Shown in pieces: positions 9,510 to 19,106 of a DNA stretch of 64,000 bases. The position numbers were made by a program, and so were the translations under genes. How positions within the stretch are numbered: the first letter of the stretch is position 1; every line of letters starts with the position of its first letter. The DNA is from Histomonas meleagridis 2922-C6/04-290x (taxonomy: Eukaryota > Protista > Parabasalia), in assembly GCA_020184695.1 (NCBI GenBank), contig JAANOX010000052.1, forward strand, positions 1-64,000. The letters are read 5' to 3'. Under the pieces are notes generated by a model that was not told the DNA's origin, did no database searches, and was given only the letters and a program-made list of their open reading frames with translations.

Positions 9510-10619
9510 TTAATAAAAATGTGAAAGAATTTCCCTCAAGTCATTCATCATTGGTTCATCTCTATTTAAGTCGATTGTTCCTCTTTTCACCAAAGAGAAC
9601 AATGCTTGTCCAACGTCGGTACCCCCGACGATAGAAAACAGCTTTTTACGATCATTTTCGTTTGAAAATGGTTTGATGCACTTTTGGAAGTTTTGATATG
9701 CTTTGGCCAGATTTTGTTCGTTTGTCATGATTTGTCCTCCTGGCGAATGTGCAAGGAGAAATTCATTTAGCCATGTACTAAGGACCTCAGCTAACACATT
9801 AAAATAGTGTGATTTTAATTCGGTGTTTTTTGAGTCAGGAAATGTCATTAAACAATGAACAATTGTATCAACATCATTCGATTCAGTGGCACATTTAACT
9901 GCATACGGAATGAAATCTTCATCAATTTTGGTATACTGTGATAAAATGGCATATTTGCGAGGGTGGTTGGGAAGATATGGAAGTGTATCTTTGATGTCAA
10001 TGTTTAAACGTTTGGATGCTTTTAACGCTAAGCCAAGCAAAGACGGCATGAGTTTCGATTTATATGTGTCAATAACCATAAAATCATATACTTGTTGTAA
10101 ATCTGATGATAACTTATTTCCAATAATTCCATTCTCGATATCAATGGTTGGAAGTAAACAACTATGAACAGAATCAACCGAGTCAAAATATTGTATGTTG
10201 GCATTCATTATTTCTGCTAAGGTTTCAAAACATTTGGTTAATATTCGACTCCGGGCTAAACGAACTGAATTATTTGTATTTAATCGATTCCATTGTTTGA
10301 CAATTTGTCGAACCATTGTGCTAAGAAAGCTAATGGCTGATTTAAAATCATGTCTGATTTTAAATTCTGCTGCACCTTCGGGATTGATACCTCCAAGCAT
10401 TTGTAAAAGTGAAATAATATCACGAAAAACGTCATTTTCATCTTCGTTCTTTTGAGTTTCTGATGTTTTCTTCATAGTATCGTTTGGAACTGAGGCAGCT
10501 TTTTGGATGGAATTAATAATTTGGTTCATACGAATTTCCCAAACATGTCTAATAAGTTCGTTTGTAATTTCCTGTATGATTCTGTCTCTCATTTTTTGGG
10601 ATTTGAGATTTGTCACCAT
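9510..10619 (-). CDS. Hypothetical alpha-helical protein, possibly 5'-extended
   Basis: 369-aa ORF with host-like codon use. The frame stays open ~47 codons further upstream, to an in-frame TAA. Confidence 0.7.
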   Translation of the reverse strand: MVTNLKSQKMRDRIIQEITNELIRHVWEIRMNQIINSIQKAASVPNDTMKKTSETQKNEDENDVFRDIISLLQMLGGINPEGAAEFKIRHDFKSAISFLSTMVRQIVKQWNRLNTNNSVRLARSRILTKCFETLAEIMNANIQYFDSVDSVHSCLLPTIDIENGIIGNKLSSDLQQVYDFMVIDTYKSKLMPSLLGLALKASKRLNIDIKDTLPYLPNHPRKYAILSQYTKIDEDFIPYAVKCATESNDVDTIVHCLMTFPDSKNTELKSHYFNVLAEVLSTWLNEFLLAHSPGGQIMTNEQNLAKAYQNFQKCIKPFSNENDRKKLFSIVGGTDVGQALFSLVKRGTIDLNRDEPMMNDLREILSHFY

Positions 10620-11110
10620 AACTTGATGAAAGCATTCAATAATCTCGTTAGCATTGAAAGTACAATATAAGCATTTTTCTTCAAGCTTTTCTTCGACTGT
10701 AGGAGGCCGAACTTGTTGTGGGAGATGATATGGTATATTTATCTTAGGTATGTCACTTTTTTACGATAATTCACGCGCCATATTGCCACTTTTTATAATT
10801 GTTCTCTTTCTGTTTGTATCAAATCAAGAGCTATTTCAACTCTAAATTCCACAATAGTTTCTCGTTGAAAATCAAAAATATATAAACAACTTCGGGGGTT
10901 GAGTTTAAATATAAATTTTTAAGCAAATCCAACTGCTGAATTTTGAGATCTCGATCTAAAATTTTTGAAAATCCTTCCGAATAACAAAACCCTTCAAATC
11001 ATTAAAGTAATTTCATTTATTTTTTGCATTAACAAATTCATTTTCATTAAGAATTAATTGCACTAATTTCCGGGGCTCAAAATAAACAAAAAAAATTATT
11101 ATCAAAGCCT

Positions 11111-14100
11111 TTAGAATGCATCAAATGTAATGTGAAAGTCGACATTTCCACGCACAATTTTATCGTAGTTACTTGCATTCACTGTTGTGTTGCCCACTGT
11201 CATTCGTGGTTTTCTTCTTAATACTTTTGTTATTTGACTTTCCAAATCAGCAAATGATTGCAGTTGTGCAGCGTCGAATATTATACATTTGTTTGTTCTT
11301 TTATCCTTAACCTTAATGAATGAATCAGCTACAGCACTTGCGTCGCTATCATTTCCATTGGTATTCTTCGTCTCGGTCAACTGCTTCGTAAGTTCCGCGT
11401 TCTCTAACATAAGGTCATATAGCTTGCGCAGGTTACGCGAAAGTATTTTCTTTTGGAATGCAACGACGCGCGACACGTCCAGATGAAGTTCCGAAATGAA
11501 CGCGTCCTCGTCGTATGCTGCGAGCAGTGTCTGCGCTTGTTGCGCGTCAGGAGTCTGTGCTGGTTGTTGTGCTGGCGCTGGTGCGGGCTTTGCTTGTGGC
11601 GCTGGTTTAGATGGCGCTGGCGGCGCGGGCTTCGTTTGTGCTGCTGTCGGCGCCGGTGTAAGTGTCGGCTTCGCTGGCGCTGGCGGCGCTGGTTTAGATG
11701 GCGCTGGAGGAGCCGGAGTGAGCTTAGGCTGCGCAGGTGGCGCAACTGGCTTCAGCTGCACTTGCGGCTTCGGCGGCGCTGCAGGTGCCGGCACTGCCTT
11801 CTGTTGGACGGGCTTCAGCTGCGGCTTTTGCACTTGCGATGCTGTTGGCGCGGGCGCTGGAACGGGCTTCAGCTGCACCTTCATTGGCGCTTGCGCTGTT
11901 TGCGCTGTCATTGGCTTCACTATTGGCTTTGGTTGAGCTTGTGGAGCTGGAGCTGGAGCTGGCTTCTCTTGCTCCGGCGGCTGCTCGGCTTCTTCCGGTA
12001 ATGGAACTGACTGTAGTTGCTCAAGTGGTGGCTCTGGCTCGCTCTTCGCAGGCATCGATTGAACTTGCTTCGGCGGCTGCTCTGCTTCTTCTGCCTCAGA
12101 TATGGACTTGGGCTTGATTTTGACGGAGCCCATTGTCTTGACACTGCGTAAGTTCTTGCCCATTGCGCGCCCTAATGCAGGCGCTACGGGCTTGTTTGGC
12201 GCCTTGTTCACTGGCATTTCTTTGATCATTGTCGAAAGTGCTTCTGTCTTAGGCTTGCGCGATGTTGGCTTGTTGAAATCATCGCATAGATTTGTTGTGA
12301 TAACTTTTGGAAGGATTACGGAGAATAACGAACACGTGCCAATTTTAGTTTCAATTTCTTTCCCACCATATACAAGGAAATGTGATCCGGATTCATATGA
12401 AAAACCAAATTGGAATAATGATGATGGATCATTACCACCAGTGACAAAGGAATAGATGTCAATGGGATCTGAACATTTGGAGTTATAATAGTTACGGATA
12501 TGTAATGCTATTGGGTCGACTGGAAGCATTGATTTGTTGGTCTTACCTCCAAGTATAATGACCCAACCACCTATAAATATGGATCGATGACCATAACGAG
12601 GTTTAAATTCTTTGATAGATGGATCATTAAAGTTAAGTTTGGGAGTTGGAAGCCATAATAACTTTAATAGATCAAATACAGCAATGTCATTCAAAGGACC
12701 TCTTTCTTTTCCTCCGAAAATTAGCATTAATGGTCCAAATAATGAGGCAGTATGATAATATCTACCTTTAGGTGTTTGTGGTAATGTAAGAGTTGTCCAT
12801 CTTTCATTTGAAAATGTATAAACGGCAATATCATTCAGTATTGTTTTCTTCTTATTACGACCTCCAAAAACAAAAAGTTTTCCTTCAAAGTAAACGGTCG
12901 AATGGCCCGCCCTTGGTTCAGGGGGGTCCTCAGCGTTTTCCTTTTCCCAACGGTTTGTATTTGATGTAGTGTCAAATGACCATAAATCATTGAAACATTC
13001 ACTTCCATTTGATCCACCGAACAAATAAATTTTGCTATCGACTACGGTTAATGTATGACCATAACGTTCACCTGGTGCACTGTTACTAATATTTGCAGAA
13101 GTACCTTTCGATATTCTATAAATACTTGTTATTGAAGAAGGAGCACCATTAACTTTACCTCCATATGCATAAGCATTTTGATTACAAAATACAAAATCAT
13201 TAAGAAATGTTGATGGAAAAGGTTTCTTAATTTGATGGTTTTGGAATAGGAATATTTCATCTTCTTTGTTATTTTGTATTGATGAAAATTGACATTGTTC
13301 AATATTACTTAAAAAGACAGACTTTTCATTCTTATCATTAAATGAAATTGTTATTTCTTGTTTTCGTGATGATGAAAAGAATGACTTTGCAACAGGTTTC
13401 GAGATAAATGTAATGCAATCATTAGTTGGCATTCCATCCCAATATCGAAATTCTTCAATCTTTTTATCAAATATATACGTTTCACCTCTACGTTCGATTG
13501 TTGTTAAAAAAAGAATATCATTAAACATGTAAAATATACCGGGACCGTTAACTGGCTTGAGAACGTTAACTTTGGCCTCTCTGATGTAAGTACGAGTTGG
13601 GATCAGAAGGTCAAATTTGTTGGTAAGATTATTACGAATGGAAACCAACTTTGCCATACTTTCTGATTTTTGTGTGGACTCATCAATTTGATGTGTAACA
13701 AGTTGAATTTGATCTGCCGCATATTCTAACATACGCTTGTCTGGATGACCATCAGGAGTATGCTTAATAAGTTCACGAATGAAAAGGATATAACGAGGCA
13801 TTCTTTGGACAGGTGTAATCAGATATGAAAAGATATCACGATTTGAATTGCTTGGTGTAGAAAATTGGAGTTTCTTAAGCTTTTCACTAACAGATGCATC
13901 TTTGCTCTTTTGTTGTATAATTTGAATGATATTTGCATAATTGGAAATGTAAAGATTAGAAACTTTAAAGAAAGCACTGAAGTCTAAAAATACATCAGAA
14001 AGAGTTGCTGTAATGGAATCGCCTCTTTTTTCGATTTCTGTTAGGAAATTTGTATGGCATGGAACAATATTGGAAAAGTCACGGAAAACAAAGATAGCTT

Positions 14101-14791
14101 CTTCCTCGTTTAAGATTTTCTCGGAAATTAGGTTTGGTTTCCAAAATGTGATTAGTTCATTTAATCCATCGAGATATGTTTTCTCTGTTGAAATAACTTC
14201 TTGAACAATTTGACTTCTTAGGTTCATCTTTTTGATTGCTTTGTCTGTTAAAGTACACTTGAATGTATATCTGTGTTTTTTCATGTCTTCAAGAATTTCT
14301 TGGGCAGAACCATTGGTAATGGTGTTTCCATCACAAACTAAAGATACTGATCCTTCTTCGTGTTCATATGGAAAGTTTTGACTCATGTATTGGAGTAAAT
14401 CTGAAGCAGTTTTATTTGCAAAATCTTGAGGTATTACCTGAAGTTCCCAATATGGAACTTCGCTACCTTCCTGAACGCTTGCATCTACATAATAAAAGAC
14501 TTTATCTTTTTCTGTTTTATCTACAATTGCAATAAAGTAATCAGGACGTCCATATTTCATAGGCTTTTTCTCTTTGACAAGTTGTGGAAACAATTCAAGT
14601 GGCTTGTCATTGGGTTGAAGGGCCATACGATATTCTGGTGTTGAAATTGAAAGGATTTCTGATTCTGTTTTTCGACTTTGTTTAACAAGCATTTTATCGA
14701 GTTCTTCGACTGTTTTGCCTGTGATTGTATCTAGACTGTAAGTTTTTGTTGAATCTTTTAGCTTTGTGATACAAACACAGTTTTGGCTCAT
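11111..14791 (-). CDS. RhoGEF (DH-PH) + Kelch-repeat protein with Pro/Ala/Gln-rich linker
   Basis: DH motifs EVISTEKTYLDGL and LITPVQRMPRY; Kelch motifs RYGHTL...YLFGG, RAGHS...FVFGG and RYYHTA...IFGG. Likely start MSQNCVC at 14791. Confidence 0.9.
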   Translation of the reverse strand: MSQNCVCITKLKDSTKTYSLDTITGKTVEELDKMLVKQSRKTESEILSISTPEYRMALQPNDKPLELFPQLVKEKKPMKYGRPDYFIAIVDKTEKDKVFYYVDASVQEGSEVPYWELQVIPQDFANKTASDLLQYMSQNFPYEHEEGSVSLVCDGNTITNGSAQEILEDMKKHRYTFKCTLTDKAIKKMNLRSQIVQEVISTEKTYLDGLNELITFWKPNLISEKILNEEEAIFVFRDFSNIVPCHTNFLTEIEKRGDSITATLSDVFLDFSAFFKVSNLYISNYANIIQIIQQKSKDASVSEKLKKLQFSTPSNSNRDIFSYLITPVQRMPRYILFIRELIKHTPDGHPDKRMLEYAADQIQLVTHQIDESTQKSESMAKLVSIRNNLTNKFDLLIPTRTYIREAKVNVLKPVNGPGIFYMFNDILFLTTIERRGETYIFDKKIEEFRYWDGMPTNDCITFISKPVAKSFFSSSRKQEITISFNDKNEKSVFLSNIEQCQFSSIQNNKEDEIFLFQNHQIKKPFPSTFLNDFVFCNQNAYAYGGKVNGAPSSITSIYRISKGTSANISNSAPGERYGHTLTVVDSKIYLFGGSNGSECFNDLWSFDTTSNTNRWEKENAEDPPEPRAGHSTVYFEGKLFVFGGRNKKKTILNDIAVYTFSNERWTTLTLPQTPKGRYYHTASLFGPLMLIFGGKERGPLNDIAVFDLLKLLWLPTPKLNFNDPSIKEFKPRYGHRSIFIGGWVIILGGKTNKSMLPVDPIALHIRNYYNSKCSDPIDIYSFVTGGNDPSSLFQFGFSYESGSHFLVYGGKEIETKIGTCSLFSVILPKVITTNLCDDFNKPTSRKPKTEALSTMIKEMPVNKAPNKPVAPALGRAMGKNLRSVKTMGSVKIKPKSISEAEEAEQPPKQVQSMPAKSEPEPPLEQLQSVPLPEEAEQPPEQEKPAPAPAPQAQPKPIVKPMTAQTAQAPMKVQLKPVPAPAPTASQVQKPQLKPVQQKAVPAPAAPPKPQVQLKPVAPPAQPKLTPAPPAPSKPAPPAPAKPTLTPAPTAAQTKPAPPAPSKPAPQAKPAPAPAQQPAQTPDAQQAQTLLAAYDEDAFISELHLDVSRVVAFQKKILSRNLRKLYDLMLENAELTKQLTETKNTNGNDSDASAVADSFIKVKDKRTNKCIIFDAAQLQSFADLESQITKVLRRKPRMTVGNTTVNASNYDKIVRGNVDFHITFDAF

Positions 14792-15169
14792 TATTATTGT
14801 TGAATAATGTTCAGAAATAATAACTTTTTCAATATGTTGAAATTGTTCTACACAAAATATAAAAACAGCCTGTAACATTTACAGACAAAACAACAAGGAT
14901 GATATATGAATCAAAATTTAAATTACATCAACATAGGATATCCAGTATTTCCAGTTTGTATCCCTTGTTGAATGTTAAAAACATAGAAATTTAAACATTT
15001 CATTTCTAATTTAAAATTTTTGTTTTATAGCCAAAATTTAGATTAGCTCGTATAGATTCTTTCATTATTTACTGGTTATGCTTTTATATTTTTTATGCTT
15101 TTGGTGTTTTGCTAAAGAATGGTTTTGCGGAAAAGTGATGTTTCGTAAACGGTTAACATTCACACCCAA

Positions 15170-16159
15170 ATGAGTTTCTTTGGGAAGATGCGTCCTTCAG
15201 TAATTGTCTCAAAAGCAATTAACGCACTTAAAGAGTTTCGTAAGCCTCAACAAACAGAAGCAAAACATGAAGAAATTTTAAAAATCATCAATAAAAATTT
15301 TACAAGAATGACAGAAATACTTTATAAAAAGAAAGAAGGAGATGAAGCTAGTGCCAGAGCATTACAACTTGTTGTTGACATTACTCATACAAACTTTATA
15401 ACACTGGGTTTAAAATGTATGATTAATTTGCCTGTAGAAGAAAGAAAACAATTTACAATTATATTTACCGGTTCAATTACTCATCAAACGGGTTCAGATT
15501 ATCCACTAGTAGTTTGGATTCAACGAAAACCTAAAACATTAAAACTTCTCATTGATTTCTATCAACATCCTGAACTTGCTATATGTGCAGGCGAAATGCT
15601 TAGGCTATGTGTAAGATATGAGCCATTAGCCAATCACCTTCTAACAGATGAATGTTTGAATACATTATTTTCATTCTTCTCCGTTTCGCATTTCGATGTT
15701 TCTGCCGATTCGTTTGCAACCTTTAGGGAGCTTATGTTGAAAGCCCCACAAGCTAAAGAATATTTACAAAAAAATTGTCAAAATATTATTGATCGGCTTC
15801 ATAAAGTTTTGGACGAAACAAATTACGCCACATGTCGCCAATGCCTTAAACTCATTGGCGAACTTGTGAATGAGTATGACAGTTTCAAAAATACATATCT
15901 ATCAAATGATCAAAATCTCATTAAGATCATGAAACTCATGTCTTCAACATATCAAAACATTTCACTTGAGGCATTTAATGTGTTTAAGTTGTTTGTTCTC
16001 TATGATCATAAAACAGAAGCAATTATAAGAATTCTTCGTACAAATGCTGACAAGCTGATTGAATATATCCACGATTTACTACAAAGCAATCAAGATCAAG
16101 AACTAGATAAGGAAAAGGATCATTTGATAGTGCAATTACAGACAATTAAGATGCAATAA
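15170..16159 (+). CDS. MO25: Mo25/CAB39 (HymA)-family protein
   Basis: CGEMLR-like AGEMLRLCVRYEPLA, FDVSADSFATFRELM, and NYATCRQCLKLIGEL. Confidence 0.85.
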   Translation: MSFFGKMRPSVIVSKAINALKEFRKPQQTEAKHEEILKIINKNFTRMTEILYKKKEGDEASARALQLVVDITHTNFITLGLKCMINLPVEERKQFTIIFTGSITHQTGSDYPLVVWIQRKPKTLKLLIDFYQHPELAICAGEMLRLCVRYEPLANHLLTDECLNTLFSFFSVSHFDVSADSFATFRELMLKAPQAKEYLQKNCQNIIDRLHKVLDETNYATCRQCLKLIGELVNEYDSFKNTYLSNDQNLIKIMKLMSSTYQNISLEAFNVFKLFVLYDHKTEAIIRILRTNADKLIEYIHDLLQSNQDQELDKEKDHLIVQLQTIKMQ

Positions 16160-16803
16160 GAACTTCGTATAAATAAACTGATTTTATTTAGAAATGAAGT
16201 GAAGTTATTTTGTCGTAATTTGAATGTGCCAACGATAGAAAAATTGAAAGAGAATTTCATTTTTTCAACGAGCTCCGATAGCCATTTTTTATGCAATGTT
16301 TCACGTCACATTTCTTTTTTAAATTGTGGAAATCAGATTTTTTTCCAATAAATTAAAATCATCTATGATCATATCTATGAATAAAAAATCTATAATATTT
16401 GAAATTAAGTAAAATTTCAAAGCTTACTATGGATACCAAAAATAAAATATAAAAAAATTTATATCAACGAGATTTTTAAAGAAATTATCATTCTATTGGA
16501 ACGAATTCGTGCTTCAAAATATCAGTAGTTGTGTTTGTTGAAAACTTGACTGAAACTTCCATTATTTTTTATCCCTAAATTCTTTAAAGAATCCCAAATC
16601 CGAAGACTAAAATTGAAACAATGTTCATTTAACATTGGTTATACCAAGAGAAAATATATTTTTTTAAATGATATCAAATAATTTCTGACATTAATAAATC
16701 TTTATGCGTCATTTGCTTTGTCACTAATAACACAATATACATAAAGAAGATTCCAATCCGTTACGTTTGCACCTTAACAAAATCATAAAATTCATTCTCT
16801 TTA

Positions 16804-17694
16804 CTAAAGCGGCTGCGTTGCTCTTGATGGCGGCCTTGCGCCTTTCTTTCTTGTGCATCTTGTGATTTGTTGTGGCGGCCTTGTGACTTGTGTTTGTTCT
16901 TCTTGTTGCTGTTGCATTTGTGGCGCAGTGTATTCCGTGTTCTGCACTCTGACGGGACGTGTACGCACTGGCATCGGTGCGCCGACTTGGAGGCCACTCA
17001 GCATACTCAGCCTGTCGCTCGACAACTTTCCGACAACTTTTGATGCGGTCGGTTTCACCGGTGAAGTTGGCGCCGGTTTTTGCGCAAGCTTCGAAGGAGG
17101 CTGCTGAATGGTGACTTTGGGCGGAGCTTTGGCGACTTTCGTTGGAGCCTTCGTTGTTGACTTGTGTGAGTGTTGTTTCTCTGGTTGCTTCGTTGACGTT
17201 TCGGCTTTTGAAGGTTTTGAAGGAGTTGGAGATTTTGCGGAAGTTGAGGCAGATGGAGCAGATGGCTTAGAGGAAGCTGTGGTTTCTTTAGGTTGCATGG
17301 TTTTGGCATGAACAGGCTTTTGAACAGGTGGAGGATTCAGCATTGGCGCACGCATAATCTTCTTCTTTTGTCCACTTTGGGAGATGCTAGAACTAGAGCT
17401 ATCAAATATTGATGGCTCAAAGGTATCACGAAATTCATAAACTTGTTTCTCAAGTTCATGATGCTTTCGTTTAGAACTGGTATAGAATGAAAGGAAATAT
17501 TTATCTTCGATATTGTCATTGGAAGAAATGGTGATTTTATTGAATGGTAGTGGATCGACAAATAATGGTGGCGTTGAATAATCAGGATTTAATTCTGGTT
17601 CTTTTGTTGTTGATGAGGGATCACCAAAAATATCAGTTAAAGCAGCACTTAATGATTCAGCGCTGAAACCTGTTGGAAGAAAGAAACAGCTCAT
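16804..17694 (-). CDS. Hypothetical Ser/Pro/Lys-rich protein
   Basis: 296-aa ORF with a low-complexity C-terminal half. Confidence 0.7.
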   Translation of the reverse strand: MSCFFLPTGFSAESLSAALTDIFGDPSSTTKEPELNPDYSTPPLFVDPLPFNKITISSNDNIEDKYFLSFYTSSKRKHHELEKQVYEFRDTFEPSIFDSSSSSISQSGQKKKIMRAPMLNPPPVQKPVHAKTMQPKETTASSKPSAPSASTSAKSPTPSKPSKAETSTKQPEKQHSHKSTTKAPTKVAKAPPKVTIQQPPSKLAQKPAPTSPVKPTASKVVGKLSSDRLSMLSGLQVGAPMPVRTRPVRVQNTEYTAPQMQQQQEEQTQVTRPPQQITRCTRKKGARPPSRATQPL

Positions 17695-17978
17695 TGAATC
17701 AATAAAATTATTTTAACCGCCAAAGTGTCAAATTACTGTTAACGGTCTCTATTTTAGTTTTTCTTGTATCTTATCAAAGATCAGTGAAGATTCTTTTTTT
17801 AACACAAATTAAAAACACTTCTTCTTTTATAATATGAATATAATATAAAAAAAAGATTCAAATTATTTTTGAAATTAATTATCTTCTCAATTAACACATA
17901 AAAAAAATTTAATCCAAACTCAAGACCTTCCATACTTATCTTTTCCAATGGGATTGTTTATTTAAGTGAGAAATTGTT

Positions 17979-18359
17979 TTATATTGATGATTCTCTTCTG
18001 CTTAACCAAATGAAAAGACCGAAGCCAATTCCAAACAAGACATCACCCGCAAAATGACATCCAAGCCCTGTCCCATTAATTATATCACAATGGAAGAACA
18101 CCAGGGGCAGTGCAATGAATGAAGCGAGTGCGAAAACAGATAAGAACAGCCAAGCATCTGCTGATCCCCATCCTCCTTCCACCATATTATCCTCGTCAAT
18201 TCTTCTGATAAACATGTATGCAAAGAATATTATAAGTAAAGCCGGGAAAATGACAAACATTGGGTACCAATTATTCGTAAGGGAGCACCCGACTATGTAC
18301 ATGACTGTTCCAAGAACAACAGCAACAGTGAAAGCAATTAAAGGTATTGCTCCTGCCAT
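17979..18359 (-). CDS. VPS55: Vps55/OB-RGRP family membrane protein
   Basis: 126 aa, four hydrophobic segments, GC-L-NNWYPMF motif. Confidence 0.8.
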   Translation of the reverse strand: MAGAIPLIAFTVAVVLGTVMYIVGCSLTNNWYPMFVIFPALLIIFFAYMFIRRIDEDNMVEGGWGSADAWLFLSVFALASFIALPLVFFHCDIINGTGLGCHFAGDVLFGIGFGLFIWLSRRESSI

Positions 18360-18767
18360 TAAAACTTTTGACCGTTTTCAAGTGTAATCATCGGTTATTT
18401 ACAAACCAATAACTTTTTCAAAGCACTGCAGTGTTATCGTTCCATAAACTGTCGGTTTTCATAAAATTCAATATTGAATGGCCTTTCAATCCCCACCGGC
18501 ACTGCACTTTTCCTAACGCCTAAGTCAAATCACATTTTCTCATTTGATTTGCTTTAGTAAAAAACAAAAATAACATTGAACAATATATTCTAAACATTTA
18601 AATTTTGTATTTTTTTTCTAAAATTAAATGGGTTATAAGTTCCAAAATTTGATCAAATTCGTTATTAAACAACAAGTTCATTCGTTTTGTTGCATTTATT
18701 TTCTATAAAATGATATGGAACAATAGTTTCCAAATATTTAAGTATCAATTTCTTTTAAAGAGTTTTT

Positions 18768-19004
18768 TACAATTCTGCAATGCAAAAATTGATTATTAAC
18801 AGATAAAACAAAAATTTCATTTGATTTGACACATTTATTAAATCTTAAGAACATTTAGAAACATAATATGAAGTAATTGACCAAATATCAAACATCATAA
18901 TTTTGTAATATTATTATTTACAATTCTGCGATGTGAAAATTGATATTTTAAATTTCATTTGATTTGATACATTTTTTAAATCTTAAGAACACTTAGAAAC
19001 ATAA
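18768..19004. repeat. Imperfect ~100-bp direct repeat, period 151
   Basis: tacaattctgc...aatttcatttgatttga...aaatcttaagaaca.ttagaaacataa at 18768 and 18919. Confidence 0.8.
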
Positions 19005-19106
19005 ATAACAAACATCAAATTTAATTAAAATATTTTACATTTAATGTTTAAACTATTATACAAATCATTAAAACATTCGATAGTTTTGTTTTTTATTTTT
19101 TCATTT

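Noticed and set aside
10760-10781. Stop-codon reassignment suggested by an in-frame TAA
   Set aside because: TAA terminates many well-recognised genes here (RPS26, Mo25), so this is an isolated case.
11289-12455. Many overlapping ORFs in GC-rich zones (also 16761-17561, 41043-41959, 3091-3381)
   Set aside because: Antisense or alternate-frame shadows of low-complexity GC-rich coding sequence, with no recognisable domains.
18423-18510. CACTGCAGTG palindrome and small GC patch upstream of Vps55
   Set aside because: Short, with no recognisable RNA motif; compatible with ordinary promoter sequence.
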